Assembly (NCBI GenBank): GCA_963700495.1
Contig: CAVOXT010000002.1
Span: 72,075-136,074 of the forward strand
Length of the DNA stretch: 64,000 nt
From: an uncultured Actinomycetes bacterium
Lineage (GTDB): Bacteria; Actinomycetota; Thermoleophilia; Gaiellales; Gaiellaceae
Direction: 5' to 3'
In this document: positions 18,456 to 27,838 of the stretch, piece after piece
Position numbering within the stretch: position 1 is the stretch's first letter
Layout: the number at the start of each line of letters is the position of its first letter
Position numbers and translations under genes: made by a program
The notes under the pieces: model-generated
Seen by the model: only the letters and a program-made list of their open reading frames with translations
What the model was told of the DNA's origin: nothing
The model's database searches: none

Positions 18456-19510
18456 GACGCCAGGCGCCGCAGCGTCGCCGCCAGCACCTCGACGGCGAGC
18501 GCGATGTCCTCGTCGCTCGTCAGTTCCTCGGGCGAGTGGCTTACTCCGCCGTTCTGGCTGCGCACGAAGAGCATCCCCGTCTCGACTCCCGCCGCCGCGA
18601 GCACGCCGGCGTCGTGGCCCGCACCCGAGGGCAGCTCGACGGCAGGAAGCTCGAGGCGCTCGATCTCCTCGCGGAGGACCGCTCTGATCGGCTCGTCGAG
18701 CACCACCGGCGCCAGGTCGTGGCCGGGCTCGAGCCCCAGCTCTGCGAGGAGTCTCGTGAGCCGAGCCTCGTCGGGCGCCCGCGCGTCGACGACGAGCCGA
18801 ACTCGTCCCGGCACGACGTTCGCCGCGCCGGGCTCGACCTCGAGCCGGCCGACCGTCGCGACCGCGCCGTCGATCCGCCCTGCAACCTCGCGGACGCGGA
18901 GCACGTACTCGGCCGCCTTCACGAGCGCGTCGTCGCGCGCGTCCATGGGCGTCGTGCCCGCGTGCCCCGCCTTGCCCTCGAAGACGACCTCCCGCCGCGT
19001 CGACCCGACGATGCCGGTGACGACGCCGAGCGGTGCTCCGGCGCGCTCGAGCACGGGTCCCTGCTCGACGTGGAGCTCGACGTAGCTGCCCGGCAACCGT
19101 CCGCCGGCCGCGAGCGCGAGGCTCCCGAAGCAGCCGCGCTCCTCGTCCCTGAACGCGACGACGCCGAGCGTGCGCACACTCGCTCCGACGGCCGCGACCG
19201 CTTCGATCCCCGCCACGACACCGAGAGCGCCGTCGTACCTCCCGCCCTCGGGGACGCTGTCGAGATGCGAGCCCGTCCAGACCTCGGGCAGCTCCGGTCG
19301 GGCGCCTTGCAGCCGGCCGACGACGTTCCCGAACCCGTCGCACTCGACGACGAGGCCTGCCTCCTCCATCCACCGAGCGCCGAGCTCGCAGGCCTCGCGC
19401 TCGGCGTCGCTGCCGGCGAGCCGGTTCGCGCCGCGGCCGCCGCCGAGCGCGTAGAGCAGGTCGAGCCGTTCGAGCACGGTGCTCGTCACAACGCGACGAT
19501 CATGCCCCAC
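18452..19510 (-). CDS. allC: allantoate amidohydrolase / N-carbamoyl-amino-acid hydrolase (M20 family)
   Basis: Motifs are 'TGSHLDSVPEGGRYDGALG', 'ELHVEQGPVLE', 'GKAGHAGTTPMDARDDAL' and 'SGAGHDA'. At 352 aa it is somewhat shorter than typical family members. Confidence 0.8.
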   Translation of the reverse strand: MGHDRRVVTSTVLERLDLLYALGGGRGANRLAGSDAEREACELGARWMEEAGLVVECDGFGNVVGRLQGARPELPEVWTGSHLDSVPEGGRYDGALGVVAGIEAVAAVGASVRTLGVVAFRDEERGCFGSLALAAGGRLPGSYVELHVEQGPVLERAGAPLGVVTGIVGSTRREVVFEGKAGHAGTTPMDARDDALVKAAEYVLRVREVAGRIDGAVATVGRLEVEPGAANVVPGRVRLVVDARAPDEARLTRLLAELGLEPGHDLAPVVLDEPIRAVLREEIERLELPAVELPSGAGHDAGVLAAAGVETGMLFVRSQNGGVSHSPEELTSDEDIALAVEVLAATLRRLAS

Positions 19511-19656
19511 CGTCGAGCGTTCAGCGCTCGTTTAGGCGGGACACCGGGAAGGCTTTAGCGACACTGCGCACGGTGGTCCGTGCTGCGCCACAGCAAGCGG
19601 AGCACGAGCCGTCGCCGCGCTCACGGCCCTGTGCGGCGGCGGCTCTCCGTCGTGCG

Positions 19657-20109
19657 TTACGCCTCGAGATCGAGTCGCTCGGCGTTGATCTCGATCACGT
19701 TCCGATCCGGATCGAGGATGTAGATCTGGGGGTAACCGGTCGTCGGGCGCGGGCTCACCTTCATCTTCATCAGGTCGGTCTCGTCCGCGTCCTCCCGGTA
19801 GCCCTTGGAGGTCAGAAACTCCAGCGCCTCCCGGAAGCTCGAGACCCGCACCCCGAGGTGGATGTCGCCCGGGTCGGGGCCCTTCCCTTCACGGAACGTC
19901 GCGTCGTGCTCGCCGATGAGGTGGAGCTCCCCTGCGCCGAGCTGGAACCACGTCCCCGCGAAGTCGAACGGCGGCCGCTCGATCGTTCGCAGCCCGAGGA
20001 TCTCGTTGTAGAAGCGTGTCGCGCGCTCGACGTCGGTGACCGGAAGGCTGACGTGGTGGATCACCTCGGGGTTCAGGCCGGCGCGCGTCTTGTCGTGCTG
20101 CTCGCTCAA
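19657..20109 (-). CDS. VOC (glyoxalase/bleomycin-resistance/dioxygenase) family protein
   Basis: ORF 19657..20169, with the start taken at the in-frame TTG (MSEQHDK). Motifs are 'IHHVSLPVTDVERATRFY' and 'HLGVRV..YILDPDRNVIE'. Confidence 0.75.
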   Translation of the reverse strand: MSEQHDKTRAGLNPEVIHHVSLPVTDVERATRFYNEILGLRTIERPPFDFAGTWFQLGAGELHLIGEHDATFREGKGPDPGDIHLGVRVSSFREALEFLTSKGYREDADETDLMKMKVSPRPTTGYPQIYILDPDRNVIEINAERLDLEA

Positions 20110-20189
20110 CGTTCCGAACGCTAGCCGACGTCGAGGTAGGCTCGAACCGTGGAGATCGAGCGCGAGCACGACGAAGACGTCTGACCGGC

Positions 20190-21035
20190 GTGAGCGGCCT
20201 CTCGATTCTCGGGGCCGGCGCGCGCTGGACTCGGCGGCTCGGTCTCGGCGCAGCTCTGCGAAGCGTGCGCGACTGTCTCGACCGGATCTTCGTGCGCCTG
20301 CAACGTCCGCCGCTCAAGGCCCGCGTCGACGGGCTGATGCTTCACGGCTATCTGCGGCACCGCAGCTTTCTCGCTCACGTCGCGTCCGGGACGTACGAGA
20401 CGACCTTCCGGCGGCTGTTCGAGGATGCCCTTGCGCCCGGGACGACGGTGGTCGACGGCGGTGCGCATCTCGGCCTCTACTCGTCGCTTGCCTGCCGTCG
20501 CGTCGGATCCGCGGGTAGGGTGATCGCGTTCGAGCCCGACCCGTACAACGCCGCCGCGCTCGAATTCAATGTCCGTCGCGCGGGCTGCGCGAACGTCACG
20601 ATCGTCCGCAAGGCACTCGCCGACACCCCGGGCCGCGCGGTGTTCCAGCAGAGCCTCGGCACGATCTCGAGCTCGTTCGAAGCGCGCAGCGGTCGCGGGC
20701 CGTTTCGTGAGATCGAGGCAACGGTCGCATCGGTCGACGAGGAGCTCGGCGACTCGGAGCTAAGCGCGCTCGTGATCAAGCTCGACGTCGAGGGAGCGGA
20801 GACGCGCGCGCTCGCCGGGATGGCGAAGACGATCGCGCGTGCCGAATCCGTCGTCCTGTTCGTGGAGGTCAACCCCACCGCTCTCGCAGCCAACGGCACC
20901 GACGCGGGCGCACTGCTGGCCCAGCTCGATCTGCTCGGCCTGAAGCCGTCTCTCATCGACGAGGACGGCGACTCGCTCGCGCCCGTGAGCGAGACGGGGT
21001 CGCTGCGCGGAAATCTCTACTGCGTCCGCGCCTGA
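20190..21035 (+). CDS. FkbM family SAM-dependent methyltransferase
   Basis: Motifs are 'VVDGGAHLGLYS', 'AFEPDPYN' and 'IKLDVEGAE'. Confidence 0.8.
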   Translation: MSGLSILGAGARWTRRLGLGAALRSVRDCLDRIFVRLQRPPLKARVDGLMLHGYLRHRSFLAHVASGTYETTFRRLFEDALAPGTTVVDGGAHLGLYSSLACRRVGSAGRVIAFEPDPYNAAALEFNVRRAGCANVTIVRKALADTPGRAVFQQSLGTISSSFEARSGRGPFREIEATVASVDEELGDSELSALVIKLDVEGAETRALAGMAKTIARAESVVLFVEVNPTALAANGTDAGALLAQLDLLGLKPSLIDEDGDSLAPVSETGSLRGNLYCVRA

Positions 21036-21865
21036 GCCAAAAGCTGCGCGACGACAGCCGAGACGGTGTTGGAGGCAATCGCGAACCCGACCCCTTCGCT
21101 GCCGCCGGACTGGCTCGTGATCTGGGCGTTGACGCCGATCACCTCGCCCTCGTCGTTCAGCAACGGGCCGCCCGAGTTGCCCTTGTTGATGGCGGCGTCG
21201 GTCTGGATCGCGCCCGTGATCGTGGATCCGTTCGGTGAGTCGATCTCACGGCCGAGCGCGCTGACGATGCCGCTCGTCACGGTGTTCTCCAGCCCATAAG
21301 GAGAGCCGATTGCGATCACGCCGTCGCCGACCTCGAGGTCGTCCGAGTTACCCAGCGTGAGCGGGTGGAGATCCCCGGCCGGCACATCGACCTGGAGCAC
21401 CGCGAGGTCGCTCGAAGCGTCGGTGCCGACGACCTTCGCGTCGTGGGTCGAGCCGTCCGAGAGCGTGACGCTCACAGAGGTCGCTCCCTCGACGACGTGC
21501 TCGTTCGTGACGATGTGGCCCTCGGTGTCGTAGACGAAGCCGGTGCCCTCGCCCTCCTGCTGCTGCGTCTCGCCGAACGGGCCGGCCTGGACTTCCGCCG
21601 TCACGTTCACCTGGACGACGCCCGGAGACGCGGATGCGGCGATGTCGCCGATCGTGAGCTCCGAGCTCGTGTCGGCAACCGACACGTTGCTCGATGAGAT
21701 TGTGGTCGTGACCGTCGCCGGATCGGAGGCGGCCTCGTAGAGCAGCGCGCCACCGGCGCCGCCGACAGCTGCGGCCGCGATCACGACCGTCAGCGCGGCG
21801 AATCGTGCTCGGATCCGAGGGCCGGGGACGGGCGCGGTGTCGGCGTTCCAGTTCATCGACCCCAT
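21017..21865 (-). CDS. S1C trypsin-like serine protease (HtrA-like catalytic domain, no PDZ), membrane anchored
   Basis: An N-terminal hydrophobic anchor is followed by 'IVTNEHVV' (His), 'DLAVLQV' (Asp) and 'GNSGGPLL' (Ser). Confidence 0.85.
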   Translation of the reverse strand: MGSMNWNADTAPVPGPRIRARFAALTVVIAAAAVGGAGGALLYEAASDPATVTTTISSSNVSVADTSSELTIGDIAASASPGVVQVNVTAEVQAGPFGETQQQEGEGTGFVYDTEGHIVTNEHVVEGATSVSVTLSDGSTHDAKVVGTDASSDLAVLQVDVPAGDLHPLTLGNSDDLEVGDGVIAIGSPYGLENTVTSGIVSALGREIDSPNGSTITGAIQTDAAINKGNSGGPLLNDEGEVIGVNAQITSQSGGSEGVGFAIASNTVSAVVAQLLAQARTQ

Positions 21866-21994
21866 GAGACCACCCAGCTCTGTGCAACAGCTGACGCCTT
21901 CCTCAGGATCTGCTGTGAGCCGTCGCCGGCGTTCCTAACCAGAGTTTTACGCGGATCACAGCCGCTTCTCAGCACGCCGCGGCTACCCTGCGGC

Positions 21995-23050
21995 GTGGCC
22001 TTTCTCCACCGACGCATCAGCCGACGCGGCCGTCTGCTCGCCCTGGCAACCGCGGCGGTCGCGCTCCTCCTCTTCGTCTCACCTGCAGCTCCGAGCTCTC
22101 GAGTTGGGAGCACAGGCCTCGTCGCGTTCAAGGACGCGATCGTCACCAAGCCTTCGACCGTCGCGCTGCAGTCGGCGGCTTCCGTCTGGGGCGGCACCTA
22201 CACGACGAGCAGCGGCGAGCAGGTGCGCGTCTTCTCCTCGAACGCCTATCCCCTTGACGAGACCCGCAACCAGCTCTGGGCCGAGTTCCTCTCGAAGCTC
22301 GTGCACGGCAGCGAGCTCTCGACGGTCACGCTCGAGCTCGACACTCCGTTCGAGGTTCAGCGGTTCTGCGGACGGGGTGCCGTCGCGTGTTACGACCCGA
22401 GCGACAAGACGATCTACGCCTCCACCGAGCGAGTCGCCGCGGACGTCTCTGCGGAAGGCGTGATTGCACACGAGTACGGCCACCATGTCGCCGCCTCGCG
22501 GTCGAACGCGCCCTGGGATGCACTCGACTGGGGAACGAAGCGCTGGGCCTCCTACGCCAACATCTGCGCAGGCACCGAGGCCGGTCAGCTCTTCCCGGGC
22601 GACGAACGGGCCTCGTACCAGCTCAACCCGGGCGAGGCGTTCGCCGAGGTGTACCGCGTTCTGAACGAGCGCAAGCTCGGCCTCGCCGAGAGCGCATGGA
22701 CGATCGTCGACGACCGCTTCCGCCCCGACGCAACGGCGCTCTCGCTCGTCGAGCAGGACGTCCTCTCACCGTGGGTCGCAGCGTCCTCGCTCTCTTCGAC
22801 CGGACAAGTGGCACGACGTGCGACCAAGTCCGTGGCGGTGAAGACGACGCTCGACGGCCGCCTGACCGCGACGCTCAAGAGCTCGACGCGTGTCCGGGCC
22901 GAACTGCTCGTCGGCGGCAACGTGGTCTCGACGAAGTCGGGCAAGAGCGTGACGTTCGCGACGACGGTCTGCGGATCGCGCAAGGCGACCGTTCGCGTGC
23001 GGGCCGCGGCCGCTGCGGCGAAGTACACGCTGGCCGTCGCGCGTCCTTAA
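21995..23050 (+). CDS. secreted hypothetical protein with HExxH motif (possible zinc metallopeptidase)
   Basis: The N-terminus is signal-peptide-like (RRGRLLALATAAVALLLFVSPAAP). There is a single 'IAHEYGHH' motif and a protein-like composition over 351 aa. Confidence 0.6.
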   Translation: MAFLHRRISRRGRLLALATAAVALLLFVSPAAPSSRVGSTGLVAFKDAIVTKPSTVALQSAASVWGGTYTTSSGEQVRVFSSNAYPLDETRNQLWAEFLSKLVHGSELSTVTLELDTPFEVQRFCGRGAVACYDPSDKTIYASTERVAADVSAEGVIAHEYGHHVAASRSNAPWDALDWGTKRWASYANICAGTEAGQLFPGDERASYQLNPGEAFAEVYRVLNERKLGLAESAWTIVDDRFRPDATALSLVEQDVLSPWVAASSLSSTGQVARRATKSVAVKTTLDGRLTATLKSSTRVRAELLVGGNVVSTKSGKSVTFATTVCGSRKATVRVRAAAAAAKYTLAVARP

Positions 23051-23074
23051 CGTCTACTCGAAGGAGGTGCGAGA

Positions 23075-23662
23075 TCACCGCCGCACTTCCTCGTTCCAGA
23101 CGCGCACGACCGGAGTCTCCCGCTCGTAGCCGACGACGCTGATCGTCGCGGGTTCGAGCGCGAACAGGCGGCCCCCCGACGGATCGAGGCCGAGCCAGCG
23201 CGCGGTGAGCACGCGCAGCAGGTGCCCGTGCGCGAAGACGGCGGCGTCGCCGTCGAGCGACCGAAGCTCCGCGATCACCCGGCCTGCTCTCGCCCCGACC
23301 TCGCCGGCCGTCTCGCCACCGGGAACACCGTCGCGCCAGAGCGTCCAGCCGGGACGTTCCTCCCTGATCTCGACCGTCTTCTTCCCTTCGTAGGCGCCGT
23401 AGTCCCACTCCATCAGGTCGTCGCGGGGCTCGGCGACGTCGCCGAAACCGGCCAGCCGGGCGGTTTCGGTCGCCCGCGCGAGCGGGCTCGTCAGGACGCG
23501 CGCGAACCGCCACCGACGGAGCTCCTCACCGAGCGCTTCGGCCGCGGCGCGTCCTTCGTCGTTCAGGGAGACGTCGGTGCGGCCGGTGTGCCTGCCGTCG
23601 CGGCTCCAATCCGTTTCGCCGTGCCGGACGAGGACGATCTCCGGGGGGCGAAGGTCCGACAC
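23075..23662 (-). CDS. histidine phosphatase (phosphoglycerate-mutase-like) family protein
   Basis: Carries the 'LVRHGETDWS' RHG motif and 'FAHGHLLR'. Confidence 0.85.
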   Translation of the reverse strand: MSDLRPPEIVLVRHGETDWSRDGRHTGRTDVSLNDEGRAAAEALGEELRRWRFARVLTSPLARATETARLAGFGDVAEPRDDLMEWDYGAYEGKKTVEIREERPGWTLWRDGVPGGETAGEVGARAGRVIAELRSLDGDAAVFAHGHLLRVLTARWLGLDPSGGRLFALEPATISVVGYERETPVVRVWNEEVRR

Positions 23663-23758
23663 GCCACGTGATTATCCGAGGGTGTTGCGAAGAGATCAAA
23701 GGTAGACTCGCCCGAGATTCCCCTCCCATCGCCGTCAGGAGAGGACGTTCGGTCGCGT

Positions 23759-24139
23759 ATGAGCGCATCGGTCGAGGGTCGCACCCGGACAACCGAAGCT
23801 GTACGAATCCGCGACATCACCCGCGAGGTCGCCGAGGCGGTCCGACGGAGCGGCGTCCGCGACGGCATCTGTTGCGTCTTCTCGCCCCTCACGACCTGCG
23901 CCGTTCGCGTGAACGAGTTCGAAGCGGGGTTCGTCGAGGACTTCGCGACGTTGCTGTCGCGCCTCGTGGCCAACGGCCGGGCACGCGGCGTGTCGATGCT
24001 GCTCGGGCCGGCCGGGGAGTCCATTCCCGTCTCGGACAGCAAGCTCTGTCTGGGAACGTGGCAACGCGTGCTCTTCGTCCAGCTCGACGGGGAGCACGAG
24101 CGCGAGCAGGGTTGGCAGGTCCAGGTAATCGGCTCGTAA
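23759..24139 (+). CDS. YjbQ/UPF0047 family protein (secondary thiamine-phosphate synthase-like)
   Basis: 'LCLGTWQRVLFVQLDG' resembles the YjbQ C-terminal motif. The stop lies 1 nt before the next start. Confidence 0.65.
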   Translation: MSASVEGRTRTTEAVRIRDITREVAEAVRRSGVRDGICCVFSPLTTCAVRVNEFEAGFVEDFATLLSRLVANGRARGVSMLLGPAGESIPVSDSKLCLGTWQRVLFVQLDGEHEREQGWQVQVIGS

Positions 24140-24140
24140 C

Positions 24141-25628
24141 GTGATCCGGATCCGCGTCGAGCCGCGCGTAGACGCAGACGTGATCGTCGTCGGTGCCGGC
24201 CCGGCCGGAGCTGCGACAGCGGTGCACCTGGCGCGCGGCGGGATCGACGTCCTGCTCGTCGACCGCAGTCGCTTCCCCCGCGACAAGATCTGCGGCGACT
24301 TCGTCGGCCCGGTGGCGCTCGCCGAGCTCGAGTCGCTGGGCGTCGACCGCCTTGGGAACTTCAGTGAGACGAACATCGTCAGGCGCGCGGGGGTCCACCT
24401 CGACGGGCGACAAATCGTCGAGCGGCCGTTTCCGGCGGGCCACGGCTTCGCGCCGTACGGGCGGGTGATCCCGCGCCTGGACTTCGACGCCTGGGTCGTC
24501 GAAGCCGCGGACCGGGCCGGTGTCCGGATCGTCGAGGACTTCCACGTGGCGGAGCTCGGTCACACGCAGGACGGTGCCGTGGCCTTGCAGGAGGCGCAGA
24601 ACGGCCGGACGCTGCACGCGCGGATCGTGATCGGCGCAGACGGCAGCAACTCGACCGTGGCGCGGGCGCTTCGCGGCGGCTCGCCCCCGCGCGCCGATCG
24701 AATCATCGCCGTGCGCGCGTACTACACGGGGGTCGGCGGCCCGGACGACCGTGCCGACCTGTACTTCTCGTCGGACAGCTTCCCGGGCTACTACTGGCTC
24801 TTCCCGACGGGTGCGTCGGCGGCGAACGTCGGGGTCGGGATGGTCCTCGAGACGGTGCCTCCGACGCGCGACCACCTCCGGGACCTGCTCGCCCGCCTGG
24901 TCGAGCGGGACGAGTCGCTGCGCGGGCGGCTCGGCGGTGCCACCCTCGAGGGGAAGGTCGTCGGGTGGCCGCTGACGACGTACAACCCCGGTCTCCCGCT
25001 CGTCGGCGACGGGCTCGTGCTCGTCGGCGACGCGGGCGGCCTGATCAACTCCCTCAACGGCGAGGGCATCCAGTACGCGCTCCTGAGCGCGCGCTGGGCT
25101 GCCGAGACCGTTGCGGAGGCACTTACCGCCGGGGACGTCTCGCACGACGCACTCGTGCCGTACGCCGAACGCGTCGACCGTGAGCTCCGCTACGACCTCG
25201 GCCTCTCCCGGCTCGTCGTCCAGCTGATCTCGTACCGGGCGCTCAATCCCGTCTGGCTGCTCGCGCTCCAGGTGATCGCCGCACGATCGCGCGGCAATCC
25301 CGCGTACGCGGAGACGACAGGCGGCGTGCTCGCGGGTGTCGTTCCCGCTCAGGCGGTCCTGACCCCGAGCATCGTCGCGCAGACGGTCGGACAGGCCGCG
25401 TGGACTGCCGGCGCGCAGCCGGCGCGCGCGGTTCTGCGCCGGCCGATGACCGCGGCTGAGATCGGCGTCGACGTGGCGCGAACGGCGTTCGATCTTGCGT
25501 ACGACGTCGCGCGGGAACGCCGCGGCGTCGTCCGTTGGGCTTCGTCTTCGGCTGTGACGGCTGCGGCGCTCGCGGGGCGTGCGTCGCGCGACGCGGTTCG
25601 CCTACCCGGTCGTCGCGCGAGGACCTGA
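24141..25628 (+). CDS. geranylgeranyl-reductase-family FAD oxidoreductase, paralogue 1
   Basis: Motifs are 'DVIVVGAGPAGAATA', 'FPRDKICGDFV', 'VIGADGSNS' and 'LVGDAGGLINSLNGEGI'. The protein has about 100 extra C-terminal residues. Confidence 0.85.
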   Translation: MIRIRVEPRVDADVIVVGAGPAGAATAVHLARGGIDVLLVDRSRFPRDKICGDFVGPVALAELESLGVDRLGNFSETNIVRRAGVHLDGRQIVERPFPAGHGFAPYGRVIPRLDFDAWVVEAADRAGVRIVEDFHVAELGHTQDGAVALQEAQNGRTLHARIVIGADGSNSTVARALRGGSPPRADRIIAVRAYYTGVGGPDDRADLYFSSDSFPGYYWLFPTGASAANVGVGMVLETVPPTRDHLRDLLARLVERDESLRGRLGGATLEGKVVGWPLTTYNPGLPLVGDGLVLVGDAGGLINSLNGEGIQYALLSARWAAETVAEALTAGDVSHDALVPYAERVDRELRYDLGLSRLVVQLISYRALNPVWLLALQVIAARSRGNPAYAETTGGVLAGVVPAQAVLTPSIVAQTVGQAAWTAGAQPARAVLRRPMTAAEIGVDVARTAFDLAYDVARERRGVVRWASSSAVTAAALAGRASRDAVRLPGRRART

Positions 25629-25633
25629 AGCCG

Positions 25634-26677
25634 TCAGAGGTCGCGCTCGACCATGTAGTCGACGATCTGCTCGATGAACCTGCGGTCGTCTCCGGGCGGC
25701 GCGTCCGCGTAGGCGACCTCGAACTCCTCCAGCGCGCCCGCGGCCAACTCGCGCGCGCACTCCCGCGCGTACTCGACGCACTCGTACTTCGCCATCATCC
25801 TGTACACCCACCGGACGTCACGGAGGGCACGCTCCGTGCGAGAGGCCGAGAGAAACCGCTCCATCCGTTCGTGCTCGGTCTCGGTGGCCGCGTTGAGGAC
25901 GTGGATCAACATCAGCGTTCGCTTGCCCTCCCAGACGTCGCCGCCGATCTCCTTTCCGTACAGCTCCCGGTCACCGATGAGGTTGAGCAGGTCGTCCTGA
26001 ATCTGAAACGCAGCGCCCATGAAGTACCCGAAACGGTTGAACCGGTCGAGGTCGATGCTGATGTCCCCGGTCCCGATGAGCGCGCCGATACGGCACGGAT
26101 GGATGCACGTGTACCAGCAAGTCTTCTTCAGGATCATCCGCAGGTAGTCGTCATCGGTGAGGCGGCAGTCGTTGTCCCGAACCCACCCGAGCTCCATCGC
26201 CTGACCTTCGACGGACTGCAGCACCATGTGCTGGATCTCCTCGAAGACCCGCCAAGTCATCGTCGGACCGAGCACCGACAGGTTCTCCATCAGCGGCTGA
26301 ATGCTCAGGACGTTCATCGCGTCGCCGACGTTGACGGCGATCCCGAGGCCGTGCTCGGCGTGCAACGTCGGCCGCCCGCGCCGGTACTCGCTGCCGTCCT
26401 CGACGTCGTCGTGGACGAGGAACGCGTTGTGGAAGAACTCGATCGTCACTGCCGACCGGAGCACACTTTCGATGCTGCCGCCGAACGCGCGACAGGTGCC
26501 GATGCAGAGCCCCGGACGGAGACCCTTCCCCGGCCGGGTCGGATACGACGGGACGAGGTCGTAGAGATACCTGCGGGGCTCGCGCACAGGAACGCTGCCG
26601 AGCAGCGCCCGGCGGGTCAGGTCGTGGTAGTCGCGGAGCCGTTCCTCCACGAACTCACGGGCCGCTGCTTCCTGCAT
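25634..26677 (-). CDS. trans-polyprenyl (GGPP-type) diphosphate synthase
   Basis: The first Asp-rich motif is 'FLVHDDVED' and the second is 'FQIQDDLLN'. 'GKGLRP' is also present. Confidence 0.9.
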   Translation of the reverse strand: MQEAAAREFVEERLRDYHDLTRRALLGSVPVREPRRYLYDLVPSYPTRPGKGLRPGLCIGTCRAFGGSIESVLRSAVTIEFFHNAFLVHDDVEDGSEYRRGRPTLHAEHGLGIAVNVGDAMNVLSIQPLMENLSVLGPTMTWRVFEEIQHMVLQSVEGQAMELGWVRDNDCRLTDDDYLRMILKKTCWYTCIHPCRIGALIGTGDISIDLDRFNRFGYFMGAAFQIQDDLLNLIGDRELYGKEIGGDVWEGKRTLMLIHVLNAATETEHERMERFLSASRTERALRDVRWVYRMMAKYECVEYARECARELAAGALEEFEVAYADAPPGDDRRFIEQIVDYMVERDL

Positions 26678-26692
26678 CGCTCGCGACCGGCG

Positions 26693-27457
26693 CTAGTCGT
26701 CGACGCTGACGACCAGAACTGCGCGCACGCGTTCGAGCTTTGAAGCGAGCACGAGGCCCGAGTAGACGCCCGGCGCCGTCCCTTTCGGCACCTCGACGCT
26801 GATCGTCACGCTCTCACGATCGTGCGCCGGAATCGTGAGGCTGGCGGGCTCGAAGGTGACGTGGCTCGCGGCGATCTTCTCCCCGCCGGCGTTCACGAGG
26901 TCGGTCGCCTGGAACGTGAACTCGGCCGTCGGCGTGTCGCCGTCGTTCTCGAGCGAGAACGGCACGGTCGCGGAGCCCCCGGCCGGAACGTCACCGGGCA
27001 GCTTGATCGTCGGCGCGTCCGACGGTGACCCGACGGCCGCCGGCGATCCGTCGCCGACCGAGATGCGCTGTACGAGCCCGCCGAGCGATCGGGTCGGGAC
27101 GTTCAGAAGGTCGAGCACGATGTCGACGACCTCGTGCGCGTCCCTGCGGAAGCGCGCCATCACTTCGTCGGGGTTGGTCGAGCGCATCTCGGCGACGTCC
27201 ACGAGCCGCGCCTCGATCTGCTTCGCTGCCCCGATCCCCGCGGCGAGCTCCTCCTCGAGGATCGTCGAGGCCTGCGAGACGATCCGCGATGCGCTGCGTG
27301 CGAGGCCCTTCACCACTCCGGCGTCCACCGAGACACGCGTACCGGCCTCCGGCGCAGCCGGCGGCGGGGGCGGTGGCTTGGGCGGCTTGCGCTTGGGCGG
27401 CCCGGGAGGCGCCGCCTCGGGCTCCGGCGATTCGCCGGCGCTCCTAGCCCGGGCCAT
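26693..27457 (-). CDS. hypothetical protein (Pro-rich N-terminus, Ig/CARDB-like C-terminal beta domain)
   Basis: 254 aa. It carries 'PKRKPPKPPPPPPAAPE' and then a beta-rich tail, 'ATVPFSLENDGDTPTAEFTF..TISVEVPKGTAPGVYSG'. It overlaps the upstream gene by 14 nt. Confidence 0.55.
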   Translation of the reverse strand: MARARSAGESPEPEAAPPGPPKRKPPKPPPPPPAAPEAGTRVSVDAGVVKGLARSASRIVSQASTILEEELAAGIGAAKQIEARLVDVAEMRSTNPDEVMARFRRDAHEVVDIVLDLLNVPTRSLGGLVQRISVGDGSPAAVGSPSDAPTIKLPGDVPAGGSATVPFSLENDGDTPTAEFTFQATDLVNAGGEKIAASHVTFEPASLTIPAHDRESVTISVEVPKGTAPGVYSGLVLASKLERVRAVLVVSVDD

Positions 27458-27773
27458 GCGTCGGCGTCGGCGTCTTGTCGTCGCGGCAGTTGAAGAGGCG
27501 TGTCAGACCCTTGATCGTGATCGCGGCGACGGGGCGGTCGAACACGTCGATCGCGATCGTGTACGCGCTCTCGGCGCAGATCGGCTCACACACCTGGATG
27601 CAGACGGGGATGACCCCGCGCGCAGCCAGGTTCATGTCCATCTCGACCTGGAACGGCTGCTCGTCCGAGCGGACGACCACGTGGGCGGGCGCATCCTTCT
27701 CGAAGCGATGGTCGAGGAGCGCCTGATCCTTCGGCCATTCGACGATTCTCACGAGCTGCTCATCTGGCGGCAT
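27444..27773 (-). CDS. hypothetical protein
   Basis: Frame of ORF 27444..27812. The start is taken at the ATG at 27773, which is preceded by a strong GGAAGGAGG Shine-Dalgarno sequence. No motif recognised. Confidence 0.6.
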   Translation of the reverse strand: MPPDEQLVRIVEWPKDQALLDHRFEKDAPAHVVVRSDEQPFQVEMDMNLAARGVIPVCIQVCEPICAESAYTIAIDVFDRPVAAITIKGLTRLFNCRDDKTPTPTHGPG

Positions 27774-27838
27774 GGCCCCTCCTTCCGCTCGGGCGCAAGC
27801 TAGAGATACCACACGATCGGCCTGCGGGCTAGTTCACA

